DNA from: Oopsacas minuta
Taxonomy: Eukaryota; Animalia; Porifera
Reading direction: 5' to 3'
Assembly: GCA_024704765.1 (NCBI GenBank)
Contig: JAKMXF010000296.1
Location: forward strand, 284,465-348,464
DNA: 64,000 nt
The translations under genes were made by a program, and so were the position numbers. The notes under the pieces are model-generated. The model saw only the letters and a program-made list of their open reading frames with translations, made no database searches and had not been told where the DNA came from. Below, piece by piece: positions 12,366-25,530 of this stretch (position 1 is its first letter; each line of letters opens with the position of its first letter).

Positions 12366-15205
12366 AATGTGCTTATTTTCAGAATTGCTCGGATTATGTT
12401 AAGATCTAAATTGTACATATAACTATATTACTAGGGTATGTCTGTCTTATAACACTGTTTTACGGCAATTTGGCTTCCTGAATAACGGATATTGTTTCTA
12501 TGCGTATTTACCATCCTGATTCCAAAATTTCCACTATTTCTCTTCATTCGTTCTTGTTTTGGAGAAATTCTCATTGTATTTTTTGCAAATTTTATCTATT
12601 ATTTTTGAAATTTCTTGTATGGCTCTTTAAATTCGATATTTATAAATATATTCAATGTTACTTCTTTCGACAAGTATTTCTCTTGTAGCTAAGTGATTGG
12701 ACTAATGCTCAACAATTGCTTTGTAGCTAAGTGATTGGACTAATGGTATTCAAGCTATTCGAATTTTCAAGCTGTCAGCCAGGTGACTACCCACACACAC
12801 ACACACACAATAGGGCTACGCTAGCATGAACCTACCCATGTTTCACACCTGCGATTTATCTCTTTAAAGAGTTTCTAATTGTTGGCGATTATATCTCTTA
12901 TTGATCGCTAATTGATTAGTTGAGTGTTTTCTGATATCATACGCTATCACGGGCACGTCATCCCAACATTACTTCACTAAAACTACAATAGTCTTATTTT
13001 AGCAGGCGATATTTGGGTATTTGTTTTGGGAGCTTCGAATTTTCAGGATGCTTGCAAGACAGATCTATAGAGCACCTTATATGGCTAACATATTGATTTA
13101 ACCTATACTATACAAATCGTAATTAGAGTTTAATCCAAATGTATGAGGTCATTAAATTTTGGCATAATTTACTGTATATGTAGAATATTCCATTTTGTTT
13201 AAGTTAAATCAAAGGCTTTTTGGTTTCAAAATGGCTAGATATTTGTCTTGTCAGTATCCTGAAATTTTGCAGCTACATAACACTTATATCCACAGAATGC
13301 TATGGAAGATACGAATATTGTCATTTCAGTGACGTAAGGTTCATATAACGTACCATTATATCGCTATATCTCAAAAGAAAACACGATCAATCTTTTAGCT
13401 CTCTTCAAACATATATTTTTCAGGAAGAAAAAATGTGTCTAACATTTGTATACCAGTGTCATTTTTCAGCACCGATGTATTTTGCCAGGCTCAAATTCAT
13501 ATACGTAGTATACTTACGGTGTGAAGTTAGCAGGATATTGAACCAGAGTCAGTTCAATAAACAAATTGTCCTACTTATACTCTTCAGATTTACCCAAAAT
13601 TGTTATCAATCGTAGAGGAGTGTTGGACATTGTATGAAGTAGATTTTTCTTTAAGAATTTTAGCTTTTAACAACCTTTTCGTCATGACAAGTAGGGTCGC
13701 TTCTCTATTAATAAGACGCCCTAAATGTGAGAATTCGAATCCGAATATTAAGTTTATAATTGTGACCCATTGATGTTTATGTAATTTACTTTCTTCCAAA
13801 AATTGCAAAAACTCGAGGAGATACAAGTATTCAAAGTTGATGTTGGAGTTAAAGTGGAGAGATGAGTATCATTTTACAAAAAGTGGGGTCGGTTCAAACT
13901 CATTTCTTATCCTAAATCTAACTGAACCCTAATTATTTTGATACAAATCGATAGTAGAGATCTAAACATGTCAAACAATATCTATATTACCAGAAATACT
14001 GAAAATTATCACCCGCATCGACCTTCTAAAAATTGATAAATTTTCTTTTTTTTTTTGTCATTTACGTATAGGTATAGGAAGTCAAATGATCATACTTATT
14101 ATAGTTCCAACTCTAACTTTCTTTCAACACTTCCAAAATTTAGCGCTTTGTCTTGTTGGAAATATATATTTTTATTTAATTTATTAAATTATATATACTA
14201 AATATATTTTGAACCAGTTACATAAAATATAGGTTTCAGATGTAATTACTTAAGAAAGTTGTGATATCTAGCAATGAAAGAAGCAGAGTCACGCCACTTG
14301 GTGGTCCAACTAAAAGTTTTTCAAATATTTCCTTCTTAAATACAACCCATCAACTAATATGTATAATTGTATAGTGTTAACTAAATATAGTATCCATTAT
14401 CAGTATCGTTGTATTTAATATCTGTAGAAACATATTTCAGCTTCTAGATCTAGAATCCAAATCTCCATTTTCATTTTTGTAAATGATAAAAACCATATTC
14501 CATTCTCCATATCATTTGAAACTGAACATTACGTAGGTACAATACTGTATACATACATAAAATTATGACAACATTTCTACAGGTACTATCCGATATACAT
14601 TTATACAGATAATATTCAGTCAAACTTGCCCACAGAAAGAGTTGATAAAAAGTACACAAGTGATAACAGCATCAATTTACAGTGATAGTTAGAAATTATA
14701 GTATTATATATCACTCTCATATTATAAAATTTCTTCCTTAAGATGGTTAGAATTGATAAATTGTGATATACATAATATCCAGAGCTATTATGAGCCCTAA
14801 GATCAAACAACCATAAAATTCCAACCATTTTTTTCTTATATACAAATATATCAGTTTTATCTCGTTAATTCTGCAACGAATAATTCTTATTTATGCTGCT
14901 GCACGAAATCTTCCTCTTCGGATCTGATTATATTACACAATCGGAAATATATAATTATTGCCAGGTATGCTTTCTTTTACTGTTCTCTATTTGTATAAAC
15001 AACTGAATATACATATATTACAGGGGCATTCAATAAATACTAATCATACCATCTAAAACTATAGATACTTGTGTAAAGTTGGTAATTTTTGCTATGAATG
15101 TTCAAAGTAGTCTCCTTTATACGCTACAACTGAATTTAGCCTTTTAACCCAACTAAGACTATGTGAAAAAAGACCACGTAAATGGACTAGGTGGAGTAAA
15201 AAATC

Positions 15206-15749
15206 TTGGGGTACGAACATATCCCGCTCAGTATATATTCGCACTTTGTATTTGGGGTACGAACATACCCCACTCAGTATATATTCGCACTTTGTATTTG
15301 GGGTACGAATATACCCCACTCAGTATGTATTCGCACTTTGTATTTGGGGTTTGAATATACACCACTCAGTATATATTCGCTCTTTGTTTTTGGGGTACGA
15401 ATATACCCCACTCAGTATATATTCGCACTTTGTATTTGGGTACGAATATACCCCACTCAGTATATATTCGCACTTTATATTTGGGTACGAATATGCCCCA
15501 CTCAGTATATATCCGCACTTTGTATTTGGGTACGAATATACCCACTCAGTATATATTCGCACTTTGTATTTGGGGTACAAATGTACCCCACTCAGTATAT
15601 ATTCGCACTTTGTAATTGGGGTACAAATATACCCCACTCAGTATATATTCGCACTTTGTATTTGGGGTACAAATATACCCCACTCAGTATATATTTGCTC
15701 TTTGCGGGGACAAATATAGTCCACTCAGTATATATTCGCACTTTGTATT
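15206..15749. repeat. Tandem array, 46-bp unit, about 12 copies
   Basis: Unit GGGGTACGAATATACCCCACTCAGTATATATTCGCACTTTGTATTT; each unit contains a GGGGTA..TACCCC inverted repeat; no unique spacers. Confidence 0.95.
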
Positions 15750-15759
15750 AAGCTTTAGT

Positions 15760-16838
15760 GAACCCGACGTAAGCAGAGCTTAAATTCTTGATTCGTTTGG
15801 TTGTAGCCCTTGCATCCACAACTTGCATACAACTTGTTTCACAACCCTTCATTTGCAAGTATGATGTCCATGCAGAAGAACTTGTCCTAAAACATACAGA
15901 GAAAGACGCATAATATACTATCTGACGAACAACTTAACTGCTTGGCCCTGAAAGTCAATCAGATCGACTTGTCCTCGAGATCCAACTTTGTTTGTCAGTA
16001 TTGGATGAGTACCTTTATTTTTCAGCGATTTTCGGCATTTCTGAAGCTGGCCTTCCTGACAGATTCAGGCAAATGCCATAACAATGTTCCCCGAAAAAGC
16101 CTGCATTAGTTGAGCAAAGAGTCGATCTCTTCCCAGATGTCTTCCTCCTTTCGAATGAACTATTTTACAGAGATCAAACAACTCCTCTTTAGCGATGGTT
16201 CTCAGCGGATTAGGTGAGTGTAATTCAAGCAAAAAATTGGTGTTCAGTAACTCTGAACATGAACTTCTTTTTGTTGCTATAGTATCTCTGTCGTTCTGCT
16301 CCTTTGTACTTGGAAAAGTAAGAGAAAGAATATTCGAATTTCAACAATTTCGTCAGTTGTTACTACAGTTAAAAATGGAGTTGAAACTTCTTAAATACAC
16401 TGATAAAATTCATCTTCCCGATGGCACATCTTCACTCAAATTTCGTTGATATGTAACAATGTAATACATTAACTTTCTTGTTGGGCCTCATGTATGTAAA
16501 ACAAATGCAGAAATCACTACCCACAATGTATTTACATATTTAATACTATTTTGGTTCCTTCACGAATTGTGAGTTTATTCATCCAAAGGTTTCGGCGTTA
16601 ATAACTGTTGACGCTAAACAAGTAGACACTTAGTTGACAGTTGACAAGTGTAATATTTTCGTCACAGTTTCAGTCATCACATTTGTAAGCGATCCTCCGC
16701 TTTAGACAATTGTATCATTGTAAGGATATCGTAATCGAACATTAAAACCAACCATGAGACAGTAAGAAAGCACTTCGCCTGGCGGAACGCGTTTCGGGCA
16801 TAACCCGTTTCGCATGCAAATCCATTTCGCCTGCAACA
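15760..16838 (-). mobile_element. Ginger2/TDD-type (KRBA2/SCAND3-like integrase) remnant, internally deleted
   Basis: EELFDLCKIVHSKGGRHLGRDRLF...GTHPILTNKVGSRGQVDLIDFQ matches the KRBA2-type integrase N-terminus; right end reads TGTTGCAGGCGAAATGG inward from 16838; left end uncertain (TATG|TG at 15160-15165 would match the right flank TATG). Confidence 0.65.
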
Positions 16839-17654
16839 TATGCACTAACCAGCTTAAATATTTCAACAAAGCTCAGTATACAATTATATATCCTGGAAAT
16901 AATTGAAATCTACGGGTCTCTATCACCACGGTATATATATTTTGAAATTTTCTGTAAATCCTTTTGACATATTAGCATTTTACATTTGTGCCACATGGCA
17001 CAACCCAAATAATGTTTGAGCCACTTCAAAGATTGATAAATATGTTTAAAAACTCGTCATATTCCCAACTATACAAATATTTCCTAATTAGGTTTGAGAA
17101 TCTCAAATGGTTTAATTCAGCTTCCCGTTCTGATTCTAGTGATGTGTCACGTCTGCCACAGTTGCACAAAAATTAATATGCAAATAAATCAACGAAATTC
17201 GAAATTATAATCCTAAGCTAATACAGACCCATAGATTCGAATATACTATCAGAAATGTTCCACCTCATTTGTATCTTGTGCAATTACTAATTGGATATGG
17301 AAGTAGCACATTATCTTTTTAATGAGCAAAGTGTTACTAGAATATAAGTAAATTTCAAAGGCATTCAGAAATTAGGTTAGGATGATGTATACTACAGAGT
17401 TATATAGTAATATCAGTAATTTTTTCGTATGCTTTCACAAAAATTCGCGTATAGCCGTAGTCTATATTATTAAATCTCAATTGTTGTTTGTTTGTTCGTC
17501 CGTTGTCAAGGAAAGGATTTACGGTATGCAATTTTGAAATTATCGCATAACTATTTTTACCGTGTTTATCAAGGAAGTAAATAGAATTCAATAAATCTTC
17601 ACTAAATATATCGAACATGCTGAATCCGATTTTCACACTTTTGGAATAATCATA

Positions 17655-18330
17655 TTTAAATTTATTGTTGTTTTTATGAATAAACAGGAAACAAAATTAG
17701 CAAAAATTTACCTAGATACCTGCTCTCAACGGCTACAAAGGGAGTTGATATTACTAAATAAGTCAATAATATATACGTATATTTGTGAATAATATTGTTC
17801 TAAATACATATATCTATATTATAATACTCAAAGTGGCCATCAATTTGGTGGAGAATAATGGATACCTCGAGACGCAATGCGACGAGCCAAAGGCTCGGAG
17901 GTATGTATATTTGTTATTGGTGATATGAGAAATTGTGGTACAATCATACTTTCAACGACTATACAGGGGTAATCGAGTATGCTGAGTCTGAATATGGTAT
18001 TGTAACAACATCAATATTATTAACTCTCAATTGTTAATTGTATATTTGTCCGTTGATATGTAAATATATTGTTGTTTTATGAATATACAGGAAATAATTA
18101 GCAATATCTCAAATTTACGCTGACACTTGCTCTCAACTGCTACAAAGGGGGTTTGTCTTACAAAGTATTTCAATAATATATGTGCCATATACGTATATTT
18201 GTGAATTACATCGTATTAAATATATCTATATTGTAATGCTCAAAGGAGCCATCAATTTGGAGAATAATGGATACCTCGAGGCGCAATGCGGCGAGTTCAT
18301 CGCGAAGCGACGAGCCAAAGGCTCGTATAC
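17655..18330. repeat. Diverged tandem duplication (~250-bp homologous blocks ~400 bp apart) ending in CGAGCCAAAGGCTCG hairpins
   Basis: TTGTTGTTTT(T)ATGAAT..CTCTCAAC.GCTACAAAGGG..AATGGATACCTCGAG..CGACGAGCCAAAGGCTCG occurs at ~17660-17900 and ~18065-18326. Confidence 0.75.
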
Positions 18331-18847
18331 AATTATATATTTAGTGATGTTGTAGTACTCATGCTCGGGAAGTGTATTTATGAGTGTTCACACCTTTAGA
18401 GGCTAATACATAAATTTGGCATATGTACTCGTAGTGACCTCGAGAAATGCAGCTTACATTAGAAAGTTCTAATGTGTATATTTTCACACCTTTCGGAAAC
18501 TTATATTTTAGCCCAATGAGATTGTGGGGGTTTGCAATTAGGTATATAAATACAAAATCGGTTCTGGTTATGTGTATGTTATTGTATTAGCACTGTAATG
18601 TATTTGAATTTATTGTGGAGTGTAATTCTATAGGTTAATAAAATCATACTAGTGTAAATATACTACTTAGCATATGATTAATCATATTTTCACACCTCTT
18701 TATCAATATTTCGAAATTATCCTTGATATTAGATTTAGGGGTAAACTGTTGCGTAGAATTCGATTCCAGCACTCTCAACTGTATAAAATGATTATTTACA
18801 CGTAATATGATATTTCTTTCTAAAAATTGATATTAAGTAGAATAATA

Positions 18848-19303
18848 GGGGCGGATGCATTAGTCCAAATATTTGGTGATGCTTGCGTTAGTCCAAATCC
18901 CAAAATCGGCAATATTACAAATTGTTGGTGAATGAATGCATGTATTCACGGGGAATTTCACCGCGAGGCAATATAGTCATTTACTTTTGTTGTTTTGAAT
19001 ACTCCAAATACGCTCAGAAACTCACAGCCTGCTCCAGATCCAACTCGAATCCAATCAAACACCACGCCAGTTATCCAAATAGTCTACTGAAATGCTTATC
19101 TTCTCAGCTCAAGCCAATCTAGCTAGATAATCGATAAAAATTGCCAATTCTAGCACCTTCAAACGTGAGTTCTAAATACTCTCAGCAACTCACAGCCTGC
19201 TCCAGATCCAACTCACGCAAACATCACCCAAAGATTGTACTAATACTGATTTTGATATCTGGACTAATGCCGATTTTGATATTTGGACTAACGACGCGAC
19301 CCC
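18848..19303. mobile_element. Non-autonomous TIR element with GGGG termini and 8-bp TSD
   Basis: GAATAATA|GGGGCGGATGCATTAGTCCAAAT ... ATTTGGACTAACGACGCGACCCC|GAATAATA; subterminal TTAGTCCA repeats at both ends. Confidence 0.8.
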
Positions 19304-20584
19304 GAATAATAGAGTGATAATAATCTACTGAAATTATTTGGTAAAATTTTATTGGCAAAGAGGGTGAATTGATGCTTTGATATTTAGGTCTTAATAAATT
19401 TGTTAATCTTTCAAATATTGTCATTTGACTACTTAAACATCGGTAGATTCTCCGCTGAGTCCAAATATCAAGAATTTCGATTTGTATAAAATAGGTATTG
19501 TATGATTTCAAATTGTATCACAGAAGGACACATTAAAATGACAGCCACCGTCAGATGTCATATTAGTTATGGTCTTACATCTAAAAATCCTTAGATAACA
19601 CCATCCATCTAGTTGTATGGCAAGTTACATGCATTCATGAAATATGGTACAATTCGATAATTGTTTACAAAATATCGCCTATATTGTTGGATGGGAAGTT
19701 GATATTGGATGAGCTAGGCAATGTATTGGTCTAAACTGTGACTGTCAACTTCGTTTTCTCGTAAATTTGCTTAAATGGATAATAGCATACGCAATAAAAT
19801 GCTCTCCAATTACGATTTTTGACGAAAATCAAGATCAAGCGAAAGATGATCATGTTTAGGTTAGTAAATTTATTTATCATAATAATTTCCCCCTAAAAAC
19901 ATTCGAATTTTTCTGCTTCCCATCATAAATTTTTTTGTTAAAAATAATTCTACATTTTATTCAGTAGTATGTATTAGACAGGTACTAGAGGAATCAAAGT
20001 AAACCAAACAATCTAAATTACCAAAATGTATAATTCAATAAACAATCCTCAAACTAAACAAACTGCTCCAAACAAATCAATCAAATATCCAAGGAAGACT
20101 GGCACCCTCATCCATTCCAACTCCGCTCATCCATTTACCCTGGATCCTCTTAGACATATGTTGGTTGCCCGTATTATTGCAAAAGATAACCCAGTACTTA
20201 CCAAACAGTGACTTCACTATTCCTCTTGTTCCATCTATAGTATAATTTTCGGCCATCTTTTAGTAAATGATTGAGCCTAGCGCCCCATTAGGCCATCAAC
20301 TTAAATTACATAAGGTGTGAAGAAAACACGTGTCAATTCCGCAGCCTATGTATATTTCGTATTTTTGGCCTGCTCAGCTGAGAAGAGTACAGTTTTTACA
20401 ATACGACCAGTCTAAGACTGAGCATTAGTGGCAACGACACGGATATCAAACAACCCCTTAGTTTGTGGGGCGCCATACTCCCCTAACTCCCAAACCTGGA
20501 ATTAGCGCTGCCACTCCTAAAAAGTCATCTACTTCACTTACTATCGGTTCTCGAACTATGTCTTTATAAGCCATTGAAGCAATA

Positions 20585-22540
20585 CAGTGAAACCCCGCGT
20601 ATCGGGGCACCTTTTGCCAAGCAAAAAGTGCCCCGATAAGCGGGGTTCTAGGAAAATAGTTGTACACCCTTGTAAATATTACCGATTTAGAACACAAACA
20701 TCATCATGACACACTCTGAAATATGACTGATAATTACGCAGAATACTACACATTCTAAGTTCACTAGGAGACTGTTATGCTATCTAAAGACTAGTTTTCT
20801 TGAAGAAATCTTCAATGGTGGTTTGCGTCGCCTCCATGTAGGCCCTTTCCTCGATAATTTGCCTATACCATGCCAGGTTGAAGCCACCTCCCAGCACTTC
20901 ATCATCTCCACGTCCAGCAGCGTACAGCTCGATTGTCTCAAGTGCTTGCAGCACCTGTTTGTTGTTAGGAATTTCTGCCACATCATCCTCTGTAGTAATA
21001 ATCTCGGTAGGTGCAATAGCCTGAATTGAAACTTCTTCCAGCTGGTCTTTCAATTCAGTCACCACCTTGTCAAACAATTCATCTGGCTCCACGACGGGGG
21101 GGAATATCTCCATCTGTTCCTCCTCATCAGAGAGCAGAGTCTCTGCCTCCGTTTCCAGTAGGGGTGTCTGTTGTGGCTCTACTATATCCCCTGCTTTAGA
21201 GAAGCCACAGTGGGAGAAGCACTTCACGATAGTTGCCGGTTTGAGGTCGCGCCAAGTTCTAAAAAGCCACACAATCACTCTTGCTAGATTGATTTCCTTG
21301 TACGGGTCTACTTCCCCACATTCATGAGTGAGAGCACTGAGAATAAAATTGTGCAGCTGCTTCCGATAGAGAAGCTTTACAGTCTGGATGATACCAGCGT
21401 CACACGGCTGGGTGCTGCAAGTAGTGTTCTTGGGGAAGAACACAACCTTCACAGCCCTGAATTCCATTTGTTCTACAATGTTGTGAACAGTTGCGTTGTC
21501 CATAAATAGCAGAACCTTGCGGCCAGCTTGATACATTAGGCTTTCAAATTCATTAATCCACCAGGAAAAGATGTCTCCGTTCATCCACGAACTTTTTTGT
21601 GATTTGTAGGAAATTGACATGTTCTCAAGATCGACACTACGAAGGCACCTTGGCCTGGTAGATTTACCGATGATGAGTGGTTTCACTTTTTCACCCATCC
21701 AAGAGCAGCATATTAGTAAAGTTAACCGCTCCTTCTGAGCCTTACCGCCATGACAGGCATCACCGGGCATTACAAGAGAAAGTGATGTAGTCTGTTTGTA
21801 GTAAAGCCCCGTTTCATCGCAATTAAAGATGTTTTTCGGGTCGTATCCTTCTATCAGCTCTGGGATCTGCTCCATCCAGTTCATCACCACTACTTTGTTG
21901 GCCGATGCCGCCTCGCCACTAAGGTGCCTTCCATGAATCCCATGACGTCTCTTTACTCGATCAAGCCAACCTTCAGAAGCAGAGAACCCTTGGATGTTGC
22001 AGTTCTCAGCCTTACGGGGGCAAGAGTGCGCAGCATTGGACCTTTTACCGGTATTCCATGCTCTTTGGCTCTCTCAAGAAAAAGGACGCATGCATTCTCG
22101 ATTTCGCAGTACTTTGGCGCTATGTCCACAAGCTTTCTCCTTTTGAGGTTGTTTGGAATGTTTCCCTGAACATCCTTGAGATTCTCGATCTTGTCACGCT
22201 GATCTCTAAGGATTCTCCCGACCTGACCTTTGCTACTTCCAACCTGCAAGGCGATTTGCCTCTCGGATTTGCCTGCCTTGCTGAGTTCAATTACTTCAGC
22301 ACGAGTCTCTATTGGGAGTGGATGACGCTTAGCCGCCATTGTACGTATATAAATACTAAGTTTTCAGGCACAAATATATGTTCAATAAGGAAACAAACTC
22401 TATTCGAGGTGCCCCGATACGCGAATGCCGCCCCGATACGCGGGGTTGATTTTAATTGAAGAATAACAAATTTCCATCCTACTGCCCCGATAAGAGGGGT
22501 GCCCCGATACGCGCCTGCCCCGATATGCGGGGTTCCACTG
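20585..22540 (-). mobile_element. Tigger/pogo-family DNA transposon, full length (1956 bp)
   Basis: TA|CAGTGAAACCCCGCGTATCGGGGCA ... TGCCCCGATATGCGGGGTTCCACTG|TA; subterminal GCCCCGATA repeats. Confidence 0.95.
20784..22339 (-). pseudogene. Tigger-type DD32D transposase (HTH-psq + CENP-B HTH + DDE_1) with one frameshift
   Basis: MAAKRHPLPIETRAEVI..., ..ASEGWLDRVKRRHGI.., NCDETG, FMDNATVH, QPCDAGII (32 residues between the last two D); frames join at the G5 run 22016-22020. Confidence 0.92.
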
Positions 22541-23879
22541 TACTATGTTTTACTAGCCTAAACGAATTTTCTACACTTTCGTTACTGTCTGTTACAGTAA
22601 TGTCTTTGTCACAACATGATCTAAACAAAATAATTCCACTCCACAAGGGTAGCAATGGCATGCAGTATGTTGACAAAAATTCAATTATGACAGGGAAATA
22701 TGAATTATTTATATCTTTAGAGATGTTCTCTTTATTCTTAATTTGAGATTTACACTTTAAATCTTGTTGCTAGTAATGTTTACCAAAAGGGGACTTTTTT
22801 TTCTACTTAACTGCATTTTCATTTACTATTATAGAATCAAGCTCTTCTGGAATGTAATTACCAATAATATATGCTCCTATAGCACATTCTTCAAATTCGA
22901 TTACACTATAATTTGTTTTTGTAAAATTGGCTTGTATCTCAAAACATAAATTGAAACATAATTTTTCAATTAGATTATCAATTTCGTTAATATTTTGCTC
23001 GTTAACATAGGATCAAAAACATTTAAGATCACTTGTTTGGTTTCTATTCAAGTTTATTCTTTTTATCTTGATTATAACTAATCCTATGCGTAACTTGGTC
23101 TGGGCAAACATGCAAAATTGTGGGAAAATTTATATCTTCACCACTTATTGCAAATTTCTTACAATTTTGAAGGTAATATAATATACGAAATTTATTAAAT
23201 ACTAAACAAGTACTATGTATCATCGCCCAGCCTTGTCCATTTCAACTTTTTGTATTTGAATCTATTTATTTAAAACTGATTTAACATTTGAACTTCGTTT
23301 ATTTACAAAATGTGATATTTCTGCAGTCCCATGATCACAGTTATCATCTCTACCACAGGAACTGGACTAGTAACACATTCTGGTGGTTGCGTTTTCAGAG
23401 CACAATATAATATTTTCTTTACTCAGGAAGATGTTTTAGTACGTTATTAAAGAACCTGTTGTTATCTAAATAGAAAATTATTGGCTGATTCAGAATGAGT
23501 TCAGCAAGTAGATTTGTTTCGAAGTTTACATATGAACTATGAAATGATCTCTTGAGAAATATTGGAAACAACCTAGAATACGAGAATCCTGTAATATATA
23601 CCTAAAATATTGTTGAGTGGCAGCTGCTTCTTCCATGGATATTAGAAAATGTATCTTTAGATTTAATTTCTGACTTTACCTTCCTAACAGTTATATAAAG
23701 GAAGGATCCTGCATGTTTTCAGGCGATTCTGTGAATGAATGAATTTGAAATTTCGAAAACACTCTTTGCCATTTTTAGAACCCCATTGTGACTGTTTCTT
23801 TCAGAATTTCATGATTTTACCTGTATTATTGTAAACGTCCATGTCTCAGCTATCGATTGTTTTCAAAATATAACAGTTT

Positions 23880-24130
23880 GAGTGTAATTTGGATATCAAG
23901 TATCAATTTGAACTGAACCTACTTTTTTACATTGATACACACCCCCTCCACTATAACTCCCTATTCAATTTTGAATACTTGTATCTCCTCGAGTTTATGG
24001 AATTTTTGATAAAATTTATTTACATAGACGTCCATTGGTCACAAATATAGACAACAAATTTCAGATTCGAATTCTCACTTTTGAGTCGTCCTTTTAATAG
24101 AGAAGCGACCCTACTCGTTGTGATAAAAGA
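23880..24130. repeat. Dispersed repeat; inverted copy at ~13680-13900
   Basis: Shared AGTAGGGTCGCTTCTCTATTAA, GTGAGAATTCGAATC, AACTCGAGGAGATACAAGTATTCAAA on opposite strands. Confidence 0.8.
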
Positions 24131-24299
24131 TGTTAGTTGAATGTAAATATAAACAATAAAAGGATGAGAGTTAGTTAAAGAAGACAATGATTCTGAATTA
24201 TTGATTAAAATATGTAATAGCTCGATTGAATGTTTCTATTCGCATTCACATGAGCTATTACGTATTTTATCAACAATTCGTAACCATTGTCTCCTTTAA

Positions 24300-24700
24300 C
24301 TAACTCTCAACTTTTTACTACCATTCAGCCATTATCCTTTCTAAAATTCTTGAATAAAATTGCTCCAAATGTAAAGTATTGATGAAACATAATCTTTCTT
24401 TATCCTTGCACACTTTCTATGCAATCTGCGTTTCAGAACAGCAAATAGATTTTCTACAGGGTTTTGTTTATGGCTTTGGCTTAGCCATTCTAACATATTT
24501 CTTCATGTTTTTCACCATCCACTCACTCACAACCTCTGATGTGTGTTTTGGATCGTTGTCCATGAATCTAAACCATTTCTGTAAAATTTCTGTGCTTGAG
24601 CCAACAATTTGCATTCTAGAATTTTAGTTTCTACGGCTTCCCTAAACTTCAATCATGTCAGGAATAACGTCCATGGATACGCGGTCTTAACTATGTATTT
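24300..24700 (-). pseudogene. Tc1-like transposase remnant
   Basis: FMDNDPKHTSEVVSEW..., then frameshifted NPVENLFAVLKRR. Confidence 0.6.
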
Positions 24701-25530
24701 TATCACGTAGAATTCAATGGGAATAGTTTTAAAATCGATTTCCAGGTAAATTTAGATGAATGATTTATATAAAATTTCACACCTTTATTCTATCTTAAAA
24801 TACATCTTATCTCTCAATCTATCATGTTTTGTTTTAGAGTATATTATCAAGTTATGGCAAGTCATTAATTTTTGTTATATTAGTGAATATATTTACAATA
24901 ACCAATAGAGGGGGGTATTAAATTATGAATTTTTATGGAATTGAGAATAATGGGAAAACTATATATGTAACAATTTCGATTATTATCCATGGTGTATGGA
25001 AACAGTATTTGCATTACGTTTATGTTACAATGAAATTATTTCGATTTTCAGCAAGATATCTATCTGAGAATCTTCAAATTGAATTCCACTGATAATACCT
25101 TTTTGATACCCGATTTCCATTGTTCATAATTTTCAAATTTGATGGATGTTGTGGGATTCCATATTTCCCCAAGAATTATACAAAGGTTGTTCAATAAAAA
25201 GGAGACTTATTTTCATAATTCACATAGTAACCTATACTTATCATAATTGATTATCAAATGTTTCTATAAATTCCCCTTTATCTTTATACATCGTTTCCAT
25301 CGTTCTGGTAACTTTTCCAGCCCATTGGTACAGAATTCTTTAGGGGTCCTTTTTTCCCACTGTTTTTTTTCATACTCCAGCCGTTTGAAATTCTCAAATT
25401 TCTTCCCTCGAAGAGGTCTCTTCATCTCTCCAAACAGCCAGTAGTCGCTGGGAGCCAGGTCTGGACTATACGGGGATGGGGAGGCATTCGAATCCTAAGT
25501 CGTCAATTGCAGCCATTGTCTTGGAGCTTG

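Noticed and set aside
15206-15749. CRISPR array interpretation (also considered for 40417-40900 and 63130-63270)
   Set aside because: No unique spacers of 25-45 nt, no cas genes, eukaryotic context
15092-15751. Five overlapping ORFs up to 181 aa
   Set aside because: They are translations of the 46-bp tandem repeat in several frames, with periodic peptides
20780-22746. Small ORFs overlapping or antisense to the Tigger transposase (also those over the Tc1, mariner and Ginger ORFs)
   Set aside because: Shadow frames of recognised transposase genes
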